In this document: piece by piece, positions 43,777 through 53,578 of the stretch
Layout: each line of letters begins with the position of its first letter
How positions within the stretch are numbered: the first letter of the stretch is position 1
From: Candidatus Krumholzibacteriota bacterium
GTDB taxonomy: Bacteria > Krumholzibacteriota > Krumholzibacteriia > JAJRXK01
Length of the DNA: 64,000 nucleotides
Direction: 5' to 3'
Assembly (NCBI GenBank): GCA_963764625.1
Contig: CAVXTH010000006.1
Span: 416,001 to 480,000, forward strand
Translations under genes and position numbers: made by a program
Notes under the pieces: model-generated
The model's input: only the letters and a program-made list of their open reading frames with translations
What the model was told of the DNA's origin: nothing
Database searches by the model: none

Positions 43777-45276
43777 TCAATGTGTTCCCATGGCGGCGGG
43801 GGAAACCTCGCGGAGACGCCCCGGCATCTGCGCCAGGATGTAGGCCATGAGGGCCATGCTGCCCACGTTCACTCGCAGGTCCTTCTCGATGATCTTGTCG
43901 AAAGTATCCGCGTTGGTGTGATGGATCTCGAAATACTTTGTCGTGTCGTGGTCGAGCCCCAAGCCCACGACACCGTCGACGACCATCGGACCGACGTCGG
44001 TTCCGGAGTAGGACGAGAAGAAATGAGCGCTCCCTAGCGGCTCGAAGAGCGGCGCGAAGCGCTGCAGTTTGTCGATCGCCGAAGTGCGTTCGCTTTCGAG
44101 CTGTGATTTTTGCTCGTCGCTCAGCTCGGACTTCTTTTCCTTGCCCGTGCTTCCCGGGGCACGGAGATCCAGGCGAAAGCCGTCCGCCAAACCGTTTCCC
44201 GAGTCGGATTCGATGGCCGCGATGTGGTTCGTAAGCTCCGCCGCATGCCGGTGGGCGTAGTCCTTTCCGCCGTGGTCTCCGTTTTCCTCGTTCGTGAAGA
44301 GCACCAGGCGGATGGTCCGTCGCGGATGGATTCCCAGACGCTGGAGGGTGCGCACCGCTCCCCAGGCGATGATGCTGCCCACGCCATCATCCTGAGCCCC
44401 CTGTCCGACGTCCCAGGAATCGAGGTGGCCTCCCAAGACCACTACTTCCTCGGGTACTTCGCTCCCCGGATAATCGGCGACCACATTCGCGCTCTTGGCG
44501 TCCTCGAGCATGTGGGCTCCCATCTCGAGGTGACAGCTCATCGTATCGCCGCGCTCTTGCAAGCGGTGCATCAGAGTTGCGCCTTCGATGGTGACGGCCG
44601 CCGCCGGAATCTTCGGCTGATCTTCGTCGTACAGCAGGGTGCCCGTGTGGGGCGTGTCGTAGGAAATCGGACCCACCGAACGGACGAGAACCGCGACCGC
44701 TCCGAAGGCTGCGGCGCGGCTCGGACCGTCCATGCGGTAGCGCACTGTCTTGCCGTAGCTCACGAACGGCGCATCATAGAGCACGATTTTGCCCTTCAGC
44801 TTGCCTTTCTCTCCGCGTTGGTTCAACTCATCGAAATCGCTGACGACCACGACCTCCGCGTCGGTTCCCCCCGGTGGGGTCCCAACGCTCATTCCCAGCC
44901 CCAGGATGTTCAAGCGGTGCCGCGTGGTCGGGGTAGTCAACCAGGCTTTCTCCTCGCCCCGCACCCAGTGGGGAACCTCGACTTCCTCCCGATGAACGTT
45001 GGTCAGGCCCTGCGCCTTCATCTTGGCGATGGCCCAATCGATGGCGTTCTCGAGAGTCTGGCTTCCGCTGAGACGATTTCCATAGCGGTCGCAGAGTTCG
45101 GAGAGGGTCTGATACGGCTCACTGCAGAGCAGGGCTTCGCCCAGAATCTGGCGCGCCGGAGCACGGTACGCGCTGAGTTCGTCCTTGGCATGAGCGGGAG
45201 GAGAGAGCGAGGGCCATGCGAGCCAGAACGAGAGGAGGAGAGAAAGACAAAAAGTGCGCGGAATAAGCCGACTCAC
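43777..45276 (-). CDS. Secreted M28 peptidase (carboxypeptidase Q-like) with PA domain
   Basis: Signal peptide; GHLDSWD, GAQDDG, NEE, ESDSG and IHHT..D motifs. Confidence 0.9.
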   Translation of the reverse strand: MSRLIPRTFCLSLLLSFWLAWPSLSPPAHAKDELSAYRAPARQILGEALLCSEPYQTLSELCDRYGNRLSGSQTLENAIDWAIAKMKAQGLTNVHREEVEVPHWVRGEEKAWLTTPTTRHRLNILGLGMSVGTPPGGTDAEVVVVSDFDELNQRGEKGKLKGKIVLYDAPFVSYGKTVRYRMDGPSRAAAFGAVAVLVRSVGPISYDTPHTGTLLYDEDQPKIPAAAVTIEGATLMHRLQERGDTMSCHLEMGAHMLEDAKSANVVADYPGSEVPEEVVVLGGHLDSWDVGQGAQDDGVGSIIAWGAVRTLQRLGIHPRRTIRLVLFTNEENGDHGGKDYAHRHAAELTNHIAAIESDSGNGLADGFRLDLRAPGSTGKEKKSELSDEQKSQLESERTSAIDKLQRFAPLFEPLGSAHFFSSYSGTDVGPMVVDGVVGLGLDHDTTKYFEIHHTNADTFDKIIEKDLRVNVGSMALMAYILAQMPGRLREVSPAAMGTH

Positions 45277-45375
45277 GGTGAACTCCAGGATCTGCGGGGA
45301 GCCAGTACACTACCACCACCCCCGGTGGGTGGGAAGGACTGCGCGAGAGGAGAGAGGGGTCCAGAGGCGGATCCC

Positions 45376-46011
45376 TCAGACCATCGGGCCCCCCAGGCTC
45401 GACCAGAGGTACCAGCTCGCCACGCTGCGCCAAGGTCGCCAGCTTTCGGCCAGCTTCAGGAAGTGCCTCGGGCTGGGGCGCTCCCTCAGACCGTAGAGAT
45501 TGCGCACCGCGTTCTTCAGTCCCAGGTCGCCCACCGACAACACGTCGGGCCGGCCCAAAACGAAGAGAAGAAACATCTCGCCCGTCCATGGCCCGATCCC
45601 CTTGACCTGACAGAGGTGCTCGATAACCTTCTCGTCCTCCAGACGCTGGATCGAGCGGAGCTTGAGACTTCCTTGGGCTTGCCGGTGCGCCAGGTCCCGC
45701 AGATAGTCGCGCTTTTGGCGGCTCACGCCGCACTCGCGATAACCAGCCTCATCGAGTTGCAGGATCTTCGCAGGGGAGAGCCGTCCGCCCAGACGCGTGC
45801 GAAGGCGCCGTCGAACCGTGGCCGCCGCCTGGATCGAGATCTGCTGTCCGAGGATCATGTGGGCGAGGGACTCGAAGCGGCTGTGGCGCGGAAGGTCCGG
45901 AAAAATGGCGCCGATCTTCTGCACTACATCGGCCATGACGGGGTCGTGCCGGCAGAGGTGGCGTCGGGCTCGTCTCCAGGCTGCTTCGTCGTGGAGGGTC
46001 GCCTGGTTCAT
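45376..46011 (-). CDS. DNA-3-methyladenine glycosylase II (AlkA/HhH-GPD family)
   Basis: ILGQQIS, VKGIGPWT, GDLG and WRPWRS motifs. Confidence 0.9.
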   Translation of the reverse strand: MNQATLHDEAAWRRARRHLCRHDPVMADVVQKIGAIFPDLPRHSRFESLAHMILGQQISIQAAATVRRRLRTRLGGRLSPAKILQLDEAGYRECGVSRQKRDYLRDLAHRQAQGSLKLRSIQRLEDEKVIEHLCQVKGIGPWTGEMFLLFVLGRPDVLSVGDLGLKNAVRNLYGLRERPSPRHFLKLAESWRPWRSVASWYLWSSLGGPMV

Positions 46012-46066
46012 GGTCTCCCGTCGCTAGTGATGGAGTGAAGTCGAAAGCTCGTTTCGGCGCGGCCGG

Positions 46067-47440
46067 CTAGGCGTTGCCGACGCCCTCGTTGCGTACGCCG
46101 CCCAGTAACCAACGCCGGGCCAGGATCAACGCGAAGGGACTGATCAGGGCGGTCACCCCGTAGATCAACCAGAGCGCGCCAGGATCCTGGGGCCCATTCA
46201 CCGGGACGTAGCGTTCCAGCATGCTACCCGCGTACAGCCCGGTCACCGTCTTCGCGAGGAACCAGGGAATGCCCGCGATGCCCATGTAGATGCCCACCCG
46301 ATTGCCCGGAGCGATGTCCGCGACATATTCCAGGAAACGAGACGACCACATGGCCTCGCCCAGACTCCAGATGACCATGTAGGCGATCAGGAGGAAGACG
46401 CTGGGGCTGGGCACCAGGAGAAAGCACGAGAGCGCGCTCACCAGAGTTCCCGCGATCATCATGTCGACGACTTTGCGCTTTTGCGTCAGGGCCGCGATGA
46501 GCGGCACTCCGATCACGATGACGGTGGGATTGATGGCGTACACCCACTCCCAGTAGCGGCTGATCTCCGCGGGAAAGGCACGGGTGACATAGTCGGGCAT
46601 GGTGAGAAACTGGTGCGCGAAGAGGGTCCTCACCGGGAGCAGAACGAAAATGAAGAACATGAACCGCTTGTCGAGGATCGGCAAACGCCTCAGCTTCTGC
46701 AGCATGCTCAGGTGATCATCCGGCTCGCTCTGGACCACGCGCACGCGATCTCGCTCTTCCACTCTTCTGGTGAAGAAGACAAGGTTGATGAGAATGACGA
46801 GCGCGGTGATGCCGATGAAGAACCAGAACGAACCCGAGATCCCCGCGGTGGGCACGACGTTGATGTCGACGTGCTCGACCCGTGCGGCCCACACCTGCCG
46901 GACCTTGGGGGAGAGCATCTCGCCGGCCACGATCCCCAGATTCATGATCGAATAGAGGAAGGCGTAACCGAGGGTGGCGGTTCGGGCGTCGGTGTATTCC
47001 TTGACCCCCGAATAGAGCGCCGGCTGGAGAATTCCCTCCCCGATGGCCATGATGATCAGGGCCGTCCACGCGGCGGAGTGGACCATGAATTCTCCGGCGA
47101 AGACCGGGCTTTGGACCAACAAGATTCTTCCCACGAGCACGACGACCATCGAGACCGTCATCGCCCGTCGGACCCCCAGGCGGTCGGAGAGCCAGCCCCC
47201 TCCCAGAGCCATGGTGAGGGTCACCAGCCCCGAGAAGAGCGAGATACTCATGGTCGCGTGGGTCGTGTTGAAGCCCACGTTTCGCTGCATGAAGAGGGTC
47301 ATGAGCCCCAACATGCCGAAGTAGGCGATTCCGTCGCCGAAATTCACCGAATTCACCAGCCAGAATCCCTTGGACGCACCGAAGAGAATGCGGAATGAGT
47401 CGCGCAGACGGGGTTTGGCTGGGGGGTTGGTATCGGTCAC
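46067..47440 (-). CDS. MFS transporter (POT/peptide-transporter-like)
   Basis: GGWLSDRLGVRR motif A, LYSIMNLG, about 12 TM helices. Confidence 0.85.
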   Translation of the reverse strand: MTDTNPPAKPRLRDSFRILFGASKGFWLVNSVNFGDGIAYFGMLGLMTLFMQRNVGFNTTHATMSISLFSGLVTLTMALGGGWLSDRLGVRRAMTVSMVVVLVGRILLVQSPVFAGEFMVHSAAWTALIIMAIGEGILQPALYSGVKEYTDARTATLGYAFLYSIMNLGIVAGEMLSPKVRQVWAARVEHVDINVVPTAGISGSFWFFIGITALVILINLVFFTRRVEERDRVRVVQSEPDDHLSMLQKLRRLPILDKRFMFFIFVLLPVRTLFAHQFLTMPDYVTRAFPAEISRYWEWVYAINPTVIVIGVPLIAALTQKRKVVDMMIAGTLVSALSCFLLVPSPSVFLLIAYMVIWSLGEAMWSSRFLEYVADIAPGNRVGIYMGIAGIPWFLAKTVTGLYAGSMLERYVPVNGPQDPGALWLIYGVTALISPFALILARRWLLGGVRNEGVGNA

Positions 47441-47754
47441 AGGAAAGAGCCCACGCTCATTCGGTCGGGGAGGGGGATCGCCACGGAGGATCGCGAACCG
47501 GGGGAAAATAGCATCCACCGCAGCGGGGGGAAAGAGTCAAAACCCCTTTTTTCCCCGCTCATTTCGACGAAACATTTGCCAGAACGAGCCAGTTGGACTA
47601 AGAATCTAAAGGTAGATGGCGAGATTCAAGCCGCCGTCAGCGGCTCGCCCCACCCCGCGCAGTTCAGATCCCGCTCACCGACTTTTCGGATATGGTGACG
47701 CCGTGGAGCGCGCTGGGTCCCTCCAGAAAGAAGATCTGTATTGGTCTGCCCGGT

Positions 47755-48927
47755 ATGAGTAGCGAGAAGAACGATAATTCCCGCCGGCGCCGCAAACGGC
47801 CGCCCCGCAAAGAAGCCAACGGCAACGTGGCCGTGTCCGACGAGCAAGCAGGCGGGGGAAAACAACGATCCTCCAAGAGCGTCTCCCAGCGCCGCAAGAG
47901 CATGAGTGCCTTCCGGCCGCGCCACCAACGACACAGCGGGAGTCCCGGCGAAAAAGACGGCTCCCGTCGGCGGCACAACGGGAACGGTCGACGCAACGCT
48001 CGTTCGAACCGGGACCGCAACCGCAATCGCGAGGAGCAGCTTCGACGCATTTTCTCCGAGTTGCAGCGCGGAACGAGCATCGATCCGTTCGAGCGCTTCG
48101 AGCTCGAGCGGGAGGACGAGGCGTTCACTCCACGCGTAATCGATCTAGTCGCGCCGATAGGCAAGGGACAACGCTGTCTGATCGTCGCGCCGCCGAAAGC
48201 GGGCAAGACGACGCTCCTAATGGAAATCTGTAAATCGCTCGAAGTGAATTATCCCACGGTGAAGGTCTTCGCGCTCCTGGTCGACGAGAGACCCGAAGAG
48301 GTCACCCACTTCTCGCGCTCCACGCACGCCGAGGTCATCGCTTCCTCGAGCGACCGCATCGCCGAGGAGCACGTGAAGGTGGTGGAGGAGGGCATCCAGC
48401 ACGTTCTGCAACCGGTCCTTGCCGGGGAAGACGTCGTCTTGATGCTCGATTCCATCACCCGACTCGCGCGCGCCTACAACACCGCGCGCGGTGACTCCGG
48501 CCGCACTCTGACTGGCGGGCTCGACGCCAACGCCATGCAGACACCCCGCCGTCTCTTCGGAGCCGCGCGGAATCTGGAGGGCGGCGGCAGCCTGACCATC
48601 TTGGGGACGGCTTTGGTGGACACGGGATCGCGGATGGACGAGGTGATCTTCCAGGAGTTCAAGGGGACCGGAAACAGCGAGATCGTCTTGTCTCGCCAAC
48701 TCTTCGAGAAGAGAATCTTCCCCGCGATCGACATTGGGAAATCAGGGACTCGCAAAGAGGAGAAGCTTCATCCTCCCGAGTACCTCGACCACATCCGCAA
48801 GATGCGGAGAGTCCTCAGCGACATGTCTCCCGACCGTGCCATGGATGGTCTGTTGAAGCTCATGGCGAAGTGTCCGACGAACAAAGAGCTCCTAGACGCA
48901 CTTCCCACTTCGAATCAGAATCAGTAG
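47755..48927 (+). CDS. rho: Transcription termination factor Rho-like protein lacking the RNA-binding OB domain
   Basis: [41 protein letters not shown] and SGTRKEE motifs. The N-terminal 92 aa are R/N/S/G-rich and have no GFGFLR segment. Confidence 0.85.
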   Translation: MSSEKNDNSRRRRKRPPRKEANGNVAVSDEQAGGGKQRSSKSVSQRRKSMSAFRPRHQRHSGSPGEKDGSRRRHNGNGRRNARSNRDRNRNREEQLRRIFSELQRGTSIDPFERFELEREDEAFTPRVIDLVAPIGKGQRCLIVAPPKAGKTTLLMEICKSLEVNYPTVKVFALLVDERPEEVTHFSRSTHAEVIASSSDRIAEEHVKVVEEGIQHVLQPVLAGEDVVLMLDSITRLARAYNTARGDSGRTLTGGLDANAMQTPRRLFGAARNLEGGGSLTILGTALVDTGSRMDEVIFQEFKGTGNSEIVLSRQLFEKRIFPAIDIGKSGTRKEEKLHPPEYLDHIRKMRRVLSDMSPDRAMDGLLKLMAKCPTNKELLDALPTSNQNQ

Positions 48928-48932
48928 GCCGA

Positions 48933-51530
48933 TTAGTTCTTCGACTTCACGCGCTCCAGAGCGGCGAGCGCGGACTCTACGATTGCCTGCTCGTCCACCC
49001 CGAAGAACCGGCGCAGATTCTCTCGCGTATCGCTGCGCCCAAAGCCATCGGTGCCCAGGATCGAGAAATCCGCGTCGATCCAGCGACCGACTAGTTCGGG
49101 GACCGCGCGCAGGTAATCGGTGCTGGCGACGATGGGGCTATCCGGTGACTTGAAGAGCTGCTTCACCCAGGGGAGAGAGTCCTCGGGGGAACCCTCCTCT
49201 TCCCAGCGGAGCGCATCGCGCCGCAGTTCGGTCCAGGAAGTCACGCTGTACACGTCGGCGGCAACCGAGTGCTTCTTCTCCAGGACCTCCGCCGCGCTCA
49301 GGGCGGCGCGCAGGATGGGGCCGCTTCCCGCCAGCCGAACCCGTCGGTCGCTCTTCTTCGTGCTCTTGCGCAGGAGATAACCCCCGCGAACGATGCCCTC
49401 CTTGCTCTTGGGAGGCATCGCGGGCATGCGGTAGTTCTCGTTGTACAGCGTGATGTAGTAGAAGATCTCCTCGCCATCGCCGTACATCCGTTTCAATCCG
49501 TCTTCGATTATGGTCGCCGTTTCGAAGTGCCAGCATGGATCGTAAGCGCGGCATGAGGGCACGACTGAAGCCATCAGATGGCTGTGTCCATCCTGATGCT
49601 GCAGGCCCTCGCCGTTGAGCGTGGTGCGCCCCGCGGTGCCTCCCAGGAGAAAGCCCTTTCCGCGCGCGTCCGCGAACGCCCAGATGGAATCGGCGGTGCG
49701 TTGGAATCCGAACATGCTGTAAAAGATGTAGAAAGGCACCATGGGCTGTCGCAGGCTGGCGTACGCGGTTCCGGCGGCGGTCAGCGAGCCCACGCTGCCC
49801 GCTTCGTTGATGCCCTCCATGAGCAGCTGGCCCGTTTCGGATTCCCTGTAGCTGAGGAGCACCTCCGCGTCGACCGGCGTGTAGTTCTGTCCGATCGCCG
49901 AGTAGATTTTGAATTCGCGGAAGAGGCTCTCCATCCCGAAAGTCCGGGCTTCATCGGGAACGATGGGGACGATCCTCTTGCCGAAGTCCGCGTCCTTCAT
50001 CAGCTTCCGCAGGAGACGGACGAAGGCCATGGTGGTGGAGGCCTCCACCTTGTCTCCCGTGTCCTGCCTGAATTCCTCGTAGAGATCTTCCTTCGGGAGA
50101 TCGATCTCGACCGGGACCACGCGACGCAGCGGCAAGCATCCGCCCAAGCTCCTGCGTCTCTCCATCATGTACTCGATTTCCGGGCTCTTCGGACCGGGAT
50201 GATACAGCGGCGCGCTGGCGAGCTGAGCGTCGGGAATGGGAAGCTCGAGGCGATCGCGAAAGACCCTCAACTCCTCCGCGTTCAGCTGCTTCATCTGGTG
50301 CGTCACGTTCCGGGACTCGAAGTCCACCCCCAGGGTCCATCCCTTGACCGTCTTGGCCAGAATGCAGCTGGGAACTCCGGCCTGCTCGGTGGCGACCTTA
50401 TAGGCCGCGTAGAGCTTCCGGTAGTCGTGGCCGCCCCGTCGCAGCCGCCGGATCTGTTCGTCGCTCAGATGTTCCACCAGCTTCAGAAGCCTGGGATCGC
50501 TGCCGAAGAACTCCTCGCGAATCTTTCCCCCGTCCATGGTGGGGTAGCGCTGCCAATCCCCATCGAGGGTCTCCATCATCTTGTTCACGAGCACGCCATC
50601 GATGTCGTTGTGCAGTAGCTCGTCCCATTCCCGGCCCCAGATCACCTTGAAGACGTTCCATCCGGAACCGCGAAAACGGGCCTCCAGCTCCTGGATGATC
50701 TTCCCGTTCCCGCGCACCGGACCGTCCAGCCGTTGCAGGTTGCAGTTCACCACGAAAATGAGGTTGTCCAGGCCCTCGCGAGCGGCCAACGAAAGCGCGC
50801 CGAGCGCCTCTGGCTCGTCGGTCTCACCGTCGCCGAGGAAGGCCCAAACCCGGCTTCGTGAGGTGTCGGCCATACCGCGCTGGTGCATGTACTTCAGGAA
50901 GCGCGCCTGGTAGATGGCGTTCAAGGGGCCCAGTCCCATGGAGACGGTGGGGAACTCCCAGAATTCCGGCATGAGGCGCGGGTGGGGATACGACGACAGC
51001 CCCACACCCGAAGCCTCGCGGCGAAAACGATGGAGGATGTCCTCGCTGAGTCTGCCCTCGAGAAAGGCGCGGGCGTACATCCCAGGAGCGGCGTGGCCCT
51101 GGTAGAAGATGAAGTCGCCCAGCTCATCGCCATCCTTGCCGCGGAAAAAGTGATTGAATCCGACCTCGTAGAGACTGGCGGCCGAAGCGTAGGTCGAGAT
51201 GTGTCCGCCGAGTCCGTGGAACTCGCGGTTCGCGTGCGTCACCATGGCCGCCGCGTTCCAGCGGATCAGACGGCGGATCCGGCGCTCCATGTCCTCGTCC
51301 CCGGGGAAGGGAGGCTCCTGTTCGGGACTGATGCTGTTGATGTAGCGGGTGCTCACCGTTTGGGGAAGACCCAGGTGGAGCAGCCGCGCCCGCTTGAGAA
51401 TCTTGTACAGCAGAAACTGCGCGCGAAGCTTGCCCGACACTTCGGCCACCGAATCGAGGGCTTCGATCCACTCGGCAGTTTCCTCGGGGTCGAGATCGGG
51501 GAGCTGTTGCTTGAATTGATCAAAGACCAT
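48933..51530 (-). CDS. aceE: Pyruvate dehydrogenase E1, homodimeric type
   Basis: DPEETAEW, YQGHAAPG, SSYPHP, GDGETDE (ThDP motif), IVPDEARTFG and EGLQHQDG. Confidence 0.95.
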   Translation of the reverse strand: MVFDQFKQQLPDLDPEETAEWIEALDSVAEVSGKLRAQFLLYKILKRARLLHLGLPQTVSTRYINSISPEQEPPFPGDEDMERRIRRLIRWNAAAMVTHANREFHGLGGHISTYASAASLYEVGFNHFFRGKDGDELGDFIFYQGHAAPGMYARAFLEGRLSEDILHRFRREASGVGLSSYPHPRLMPEFWEFPTVSMGLGPLNAIYQARFLKYMHQRGMADTSRSRVWAFLGDGETDEPEALGALSLAAREGLDNLIFVVNCNLQRLDGPVRGNGKIIQELEARFRGSGWNVFKVIWGREWDELLHNDIDGVLVNKMMETLDGDWQRYPTMDGGKIREEFFGSDPRLLKLVEHLSDEQIRRLRRGGHDYRKLYAAYKVATEQAGVPSCILAKTVKGWTLGVDFESRNVTHQMKQLNAEELRVFRDRLELPIPDAQLASAPLYHPGPKSPEIEYMMERRRSLGGCLPLRRVVPVEIDLPKEDLYEEFRQDTGDKVEASTTMAFVRLLRKLMKDADFGKRIVPIVPDEARTFGMESLFREFKIYSAIGQNYTPVDAEVLLSYRESETGQLLMEGINEAGSVGSLTAAGTAYASLRQPMVPFYIFYSMFGFQRTADSIWAFADARGKGFLLGGTAGRTTLNGEGLQHQDGHSHLMASVVPSCRAYDPCWHFETATIIEDGLKRMYGDGEEIFYYITLYNENYRMPAMPPKSKEGIVRGGYLLRKSTKKSDRRVRLAGSGPILRAALSAAEVLEKKHSVAADVYSVTSWTELRRDALRWEEEGSPEDSLPWVKQLFKSPDSPIVASTDYLRAVPELVGRWIDADFSILGTDGFGRSDTRENLRRFFGVDEQAIVESALAALERVKSKN

Positions 51531-51801
51531 GGGCTCTCACTTCCATGTCGGACGCAGGCGCGCGCGCCTCTGTTCACGATTCTCGCGCGGGAACTCGATC
51601 AGCCTCTAGGGGTGAAAGGAGCGCTTGGACTTACAAGCTGTAGGCATTACTTCTAGCAAAAGCTGCTGCCTACGGCCAGCGATCGTGCTAGCTTACTCCC
51701 TGACCCAAAATGGGAAGCTTCGCGGGAACCGACTCCGCGTCTCCCGAGTTCAGTTCGAGCTGGCCAACGTGGTAGCCCGTTTAATTTCAAGGAGTTGAGG
51801 G

Positions 51802-52584
51802 ATGAAAATCCTGTGTTGCGTGAAGCAAGTGCCGGAGAAGGACGCCCGCGTGCGGATCTCCTCGGACGGCGCCTGGATCGTCGAGGACGGGCTCGCTTTC
51901 GCCCTCAGTGAATGCGATCGCTACGGCGTGGAGGCCGCTCTCCGCCTGAAGGAGAGCGCGGGTGGGGAGGTTGCGGTGCTCTCTCTGGGAGGCGAGCGGG
52001 TCTCCAAGGGAATCAAGGAGGCGCTTGCGATGGGCTGTGACCGCGCGATCCACGTGCAGAGCGACGCGTTCGCGCGAGCGGACGCCATCACCATCGCCAG
52101 AGTGATCGCGGCCGCGGTGAATGATGAGAACTTCGATCTGGTTTTGGTCGGAGTGCAATCGGACGACCTGGGCTACAACGCGGTGGGGCCGGCTCTCGCG
52201 GAATTCCTGAATGCCCGCCACGTTCAGATCGTGCTGAGCCTCGAGCCGGCCGGGGAGAGCGCGTTGAAAATTACGCACGAGCTCGACAACAACCTCATCG
52301 AAACCGCCGAACTGAGTCTGCCGGCGGTGCTCGGGGTGCAAAGCGGTATCCTGGACGTCCGCTACGCTTCGCTCAAGGGAATCATGGGCGCGGCCTCCAA
52401 ACCCCTCAAGAAGCTCTCGGTGGAAGATCTGGGACTTTCGGAAAAGGAACTGGTTTCGAAAGTGAAGATCGAGAGTCTGTCTCTTCCCCAGAAGACGAGT
52501 CAGGCCGAGATGATCGAGGGTGACCCGGCGACCATGGCGCACACTCTCTTGAAGAAACTCAAGACCGAGGCCAAGGTTCTCTAG
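51802..52584 (+). CDS. etfB: Electron transfer flavoprotein beta subunit
   Basis: MKILCCVKQVP, ALAMGCD and RYASLKGIM motifs. Confidence 0.93.
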   Translation: MKILCCVKQVPEKDARVRISSDGAWIVEDGLAFALSECDRYGVEAALRLKESAGGEVAVLSLGGERVSKGIKEALAMGCDRAIHVQSDAFARADAITIARVIAAAVNDENFDLVLVGVQSDDLGYNAVGPALAEFLNARHVQIVLSLEPAGESALKITHELDNNLIETAELSLPAVLGVQSGILDVRYASLKGIMGAASKPLKKLSVEDLGLSEKELVSKVKIESLSLPQKTSQAEMIEGDPATMAHTLLKKLKTEAKVL

Positions 52585-52597
52585 GGAGGATGGAAGA

Positions 52598-53575
52598 ATG
52601 GCGAAGCAGATTTTGGTCATCGCTGAGGTTCGCGACGGCGCACTCAAGCCCATCACGAAGGAAGCCCTCACCGCTGCGCTGTCGGTGGCGTCCGATCCTA
52701 AAGATGTGAAGGCGGTCTTGCTGGGCGAGGGACTCGACAAGCTGGCGCAGGAACTCTGCGCGTTCGCTCCGGGTGGCGTGCTCTATCTCGAAAATCCCGG
52801 GCTGAAGTCCTACACTCCCGAGACCTACGTTTCCGCGCTGAAGCAAGTGGTGCAAGACGGCTCGGTGGATCTTCTGTTCACCGGACACTCCTACCAGGCC
52901 ATCGACTTCTTTCCCCGTTTGGCCGCGACGCTCGACGCAGCGTTCATTCCCGACTGCACTGGCATCGAGAGCGACGACAATGGACTGATCTTCAACCGCA
53001 AAGTCTTCAATGGAAAACTCGATGCGCGCTGTCGAGTCCAGTCCGAGGGAATCGTGCTTGCGAGTCTGCAGCAGGGCGCGTTTCCTCCGGGAGACGCCCC
53101 TGGCGGCGGAAGTGTCGAGAAGCGCGACGTCGACCTGACGGGCGTCGAGGCCCGCAAAATCCTCTCGATCGAAGCGGGGGGCACGGGAGAAGTCGATCTC
53201 TCCGAAGCCGACATCATCGTTTCCGGTGGACGTGGGGTGGGGGACAAGGACAAGTTCCAGGTGGTGTTCCAGCTCGCCGAAGCACTCGGGGCCGCGGTGG
53301 GCGCATCCCGTCCGCCGTGCGACAGTGCATGGGTCGAGTCCTTCCGGCAGATCGGCTCCTCGGGCCAGGTCGTGGCGCCGAAGCTCTACATCGCGCTGGG
53401 AATTTCCGGAGCCATCCAGCACCTGGTGGGGATGCGCGGTTCGCAATGTATCGTGGCCGTCAACAAGGATCCCAACGCCGCCATCTTCCAGGAGGCGAGC
53501 TACGGCTTGGTGGGTGACCTCCATGAAATCGTGCCGGCTCTCATCGAGGCCGTCAACGAGGCGCGGGAAGCGTAG
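52598..53575 (+). CDS. etfA: Electron transfer flavoprotein alpha subunit
   Basis: VSGGRG, VGASRP, QIGSSG, GISGAIQH and VNKDPNAAIF motifs. Confidence 0.95.
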   Translation: MAKQILVIAEVRDGALKPITKEALTAALSVASDPKDVKAVLLGEGLDKLAQELCAFAPGGVLYLENPGLKSYTPETYVSALKQVVQDGSVDLLFTGHSYQAIDFFPRLAATLDAAFIPDCTGIESDDNGLIFNRKVFNGKLDARCRVQSEGIVLASLQQGAFPPGDAPGGGSVEKRDVDLTGVEARKILSIEAGGTGEVDLSEADIIVSGGRGVGDKDKFQVVFQLAEALGAAVGASRPPCDSAWVESFRQIGSSGQVVAPKLYIALGISGAIQHLVGMRGSQCIVAVNKDPNAAIFQEASYGLVGDLHEIVPALIEAVNEAREA

Positions 53576-53578
53576 GAC

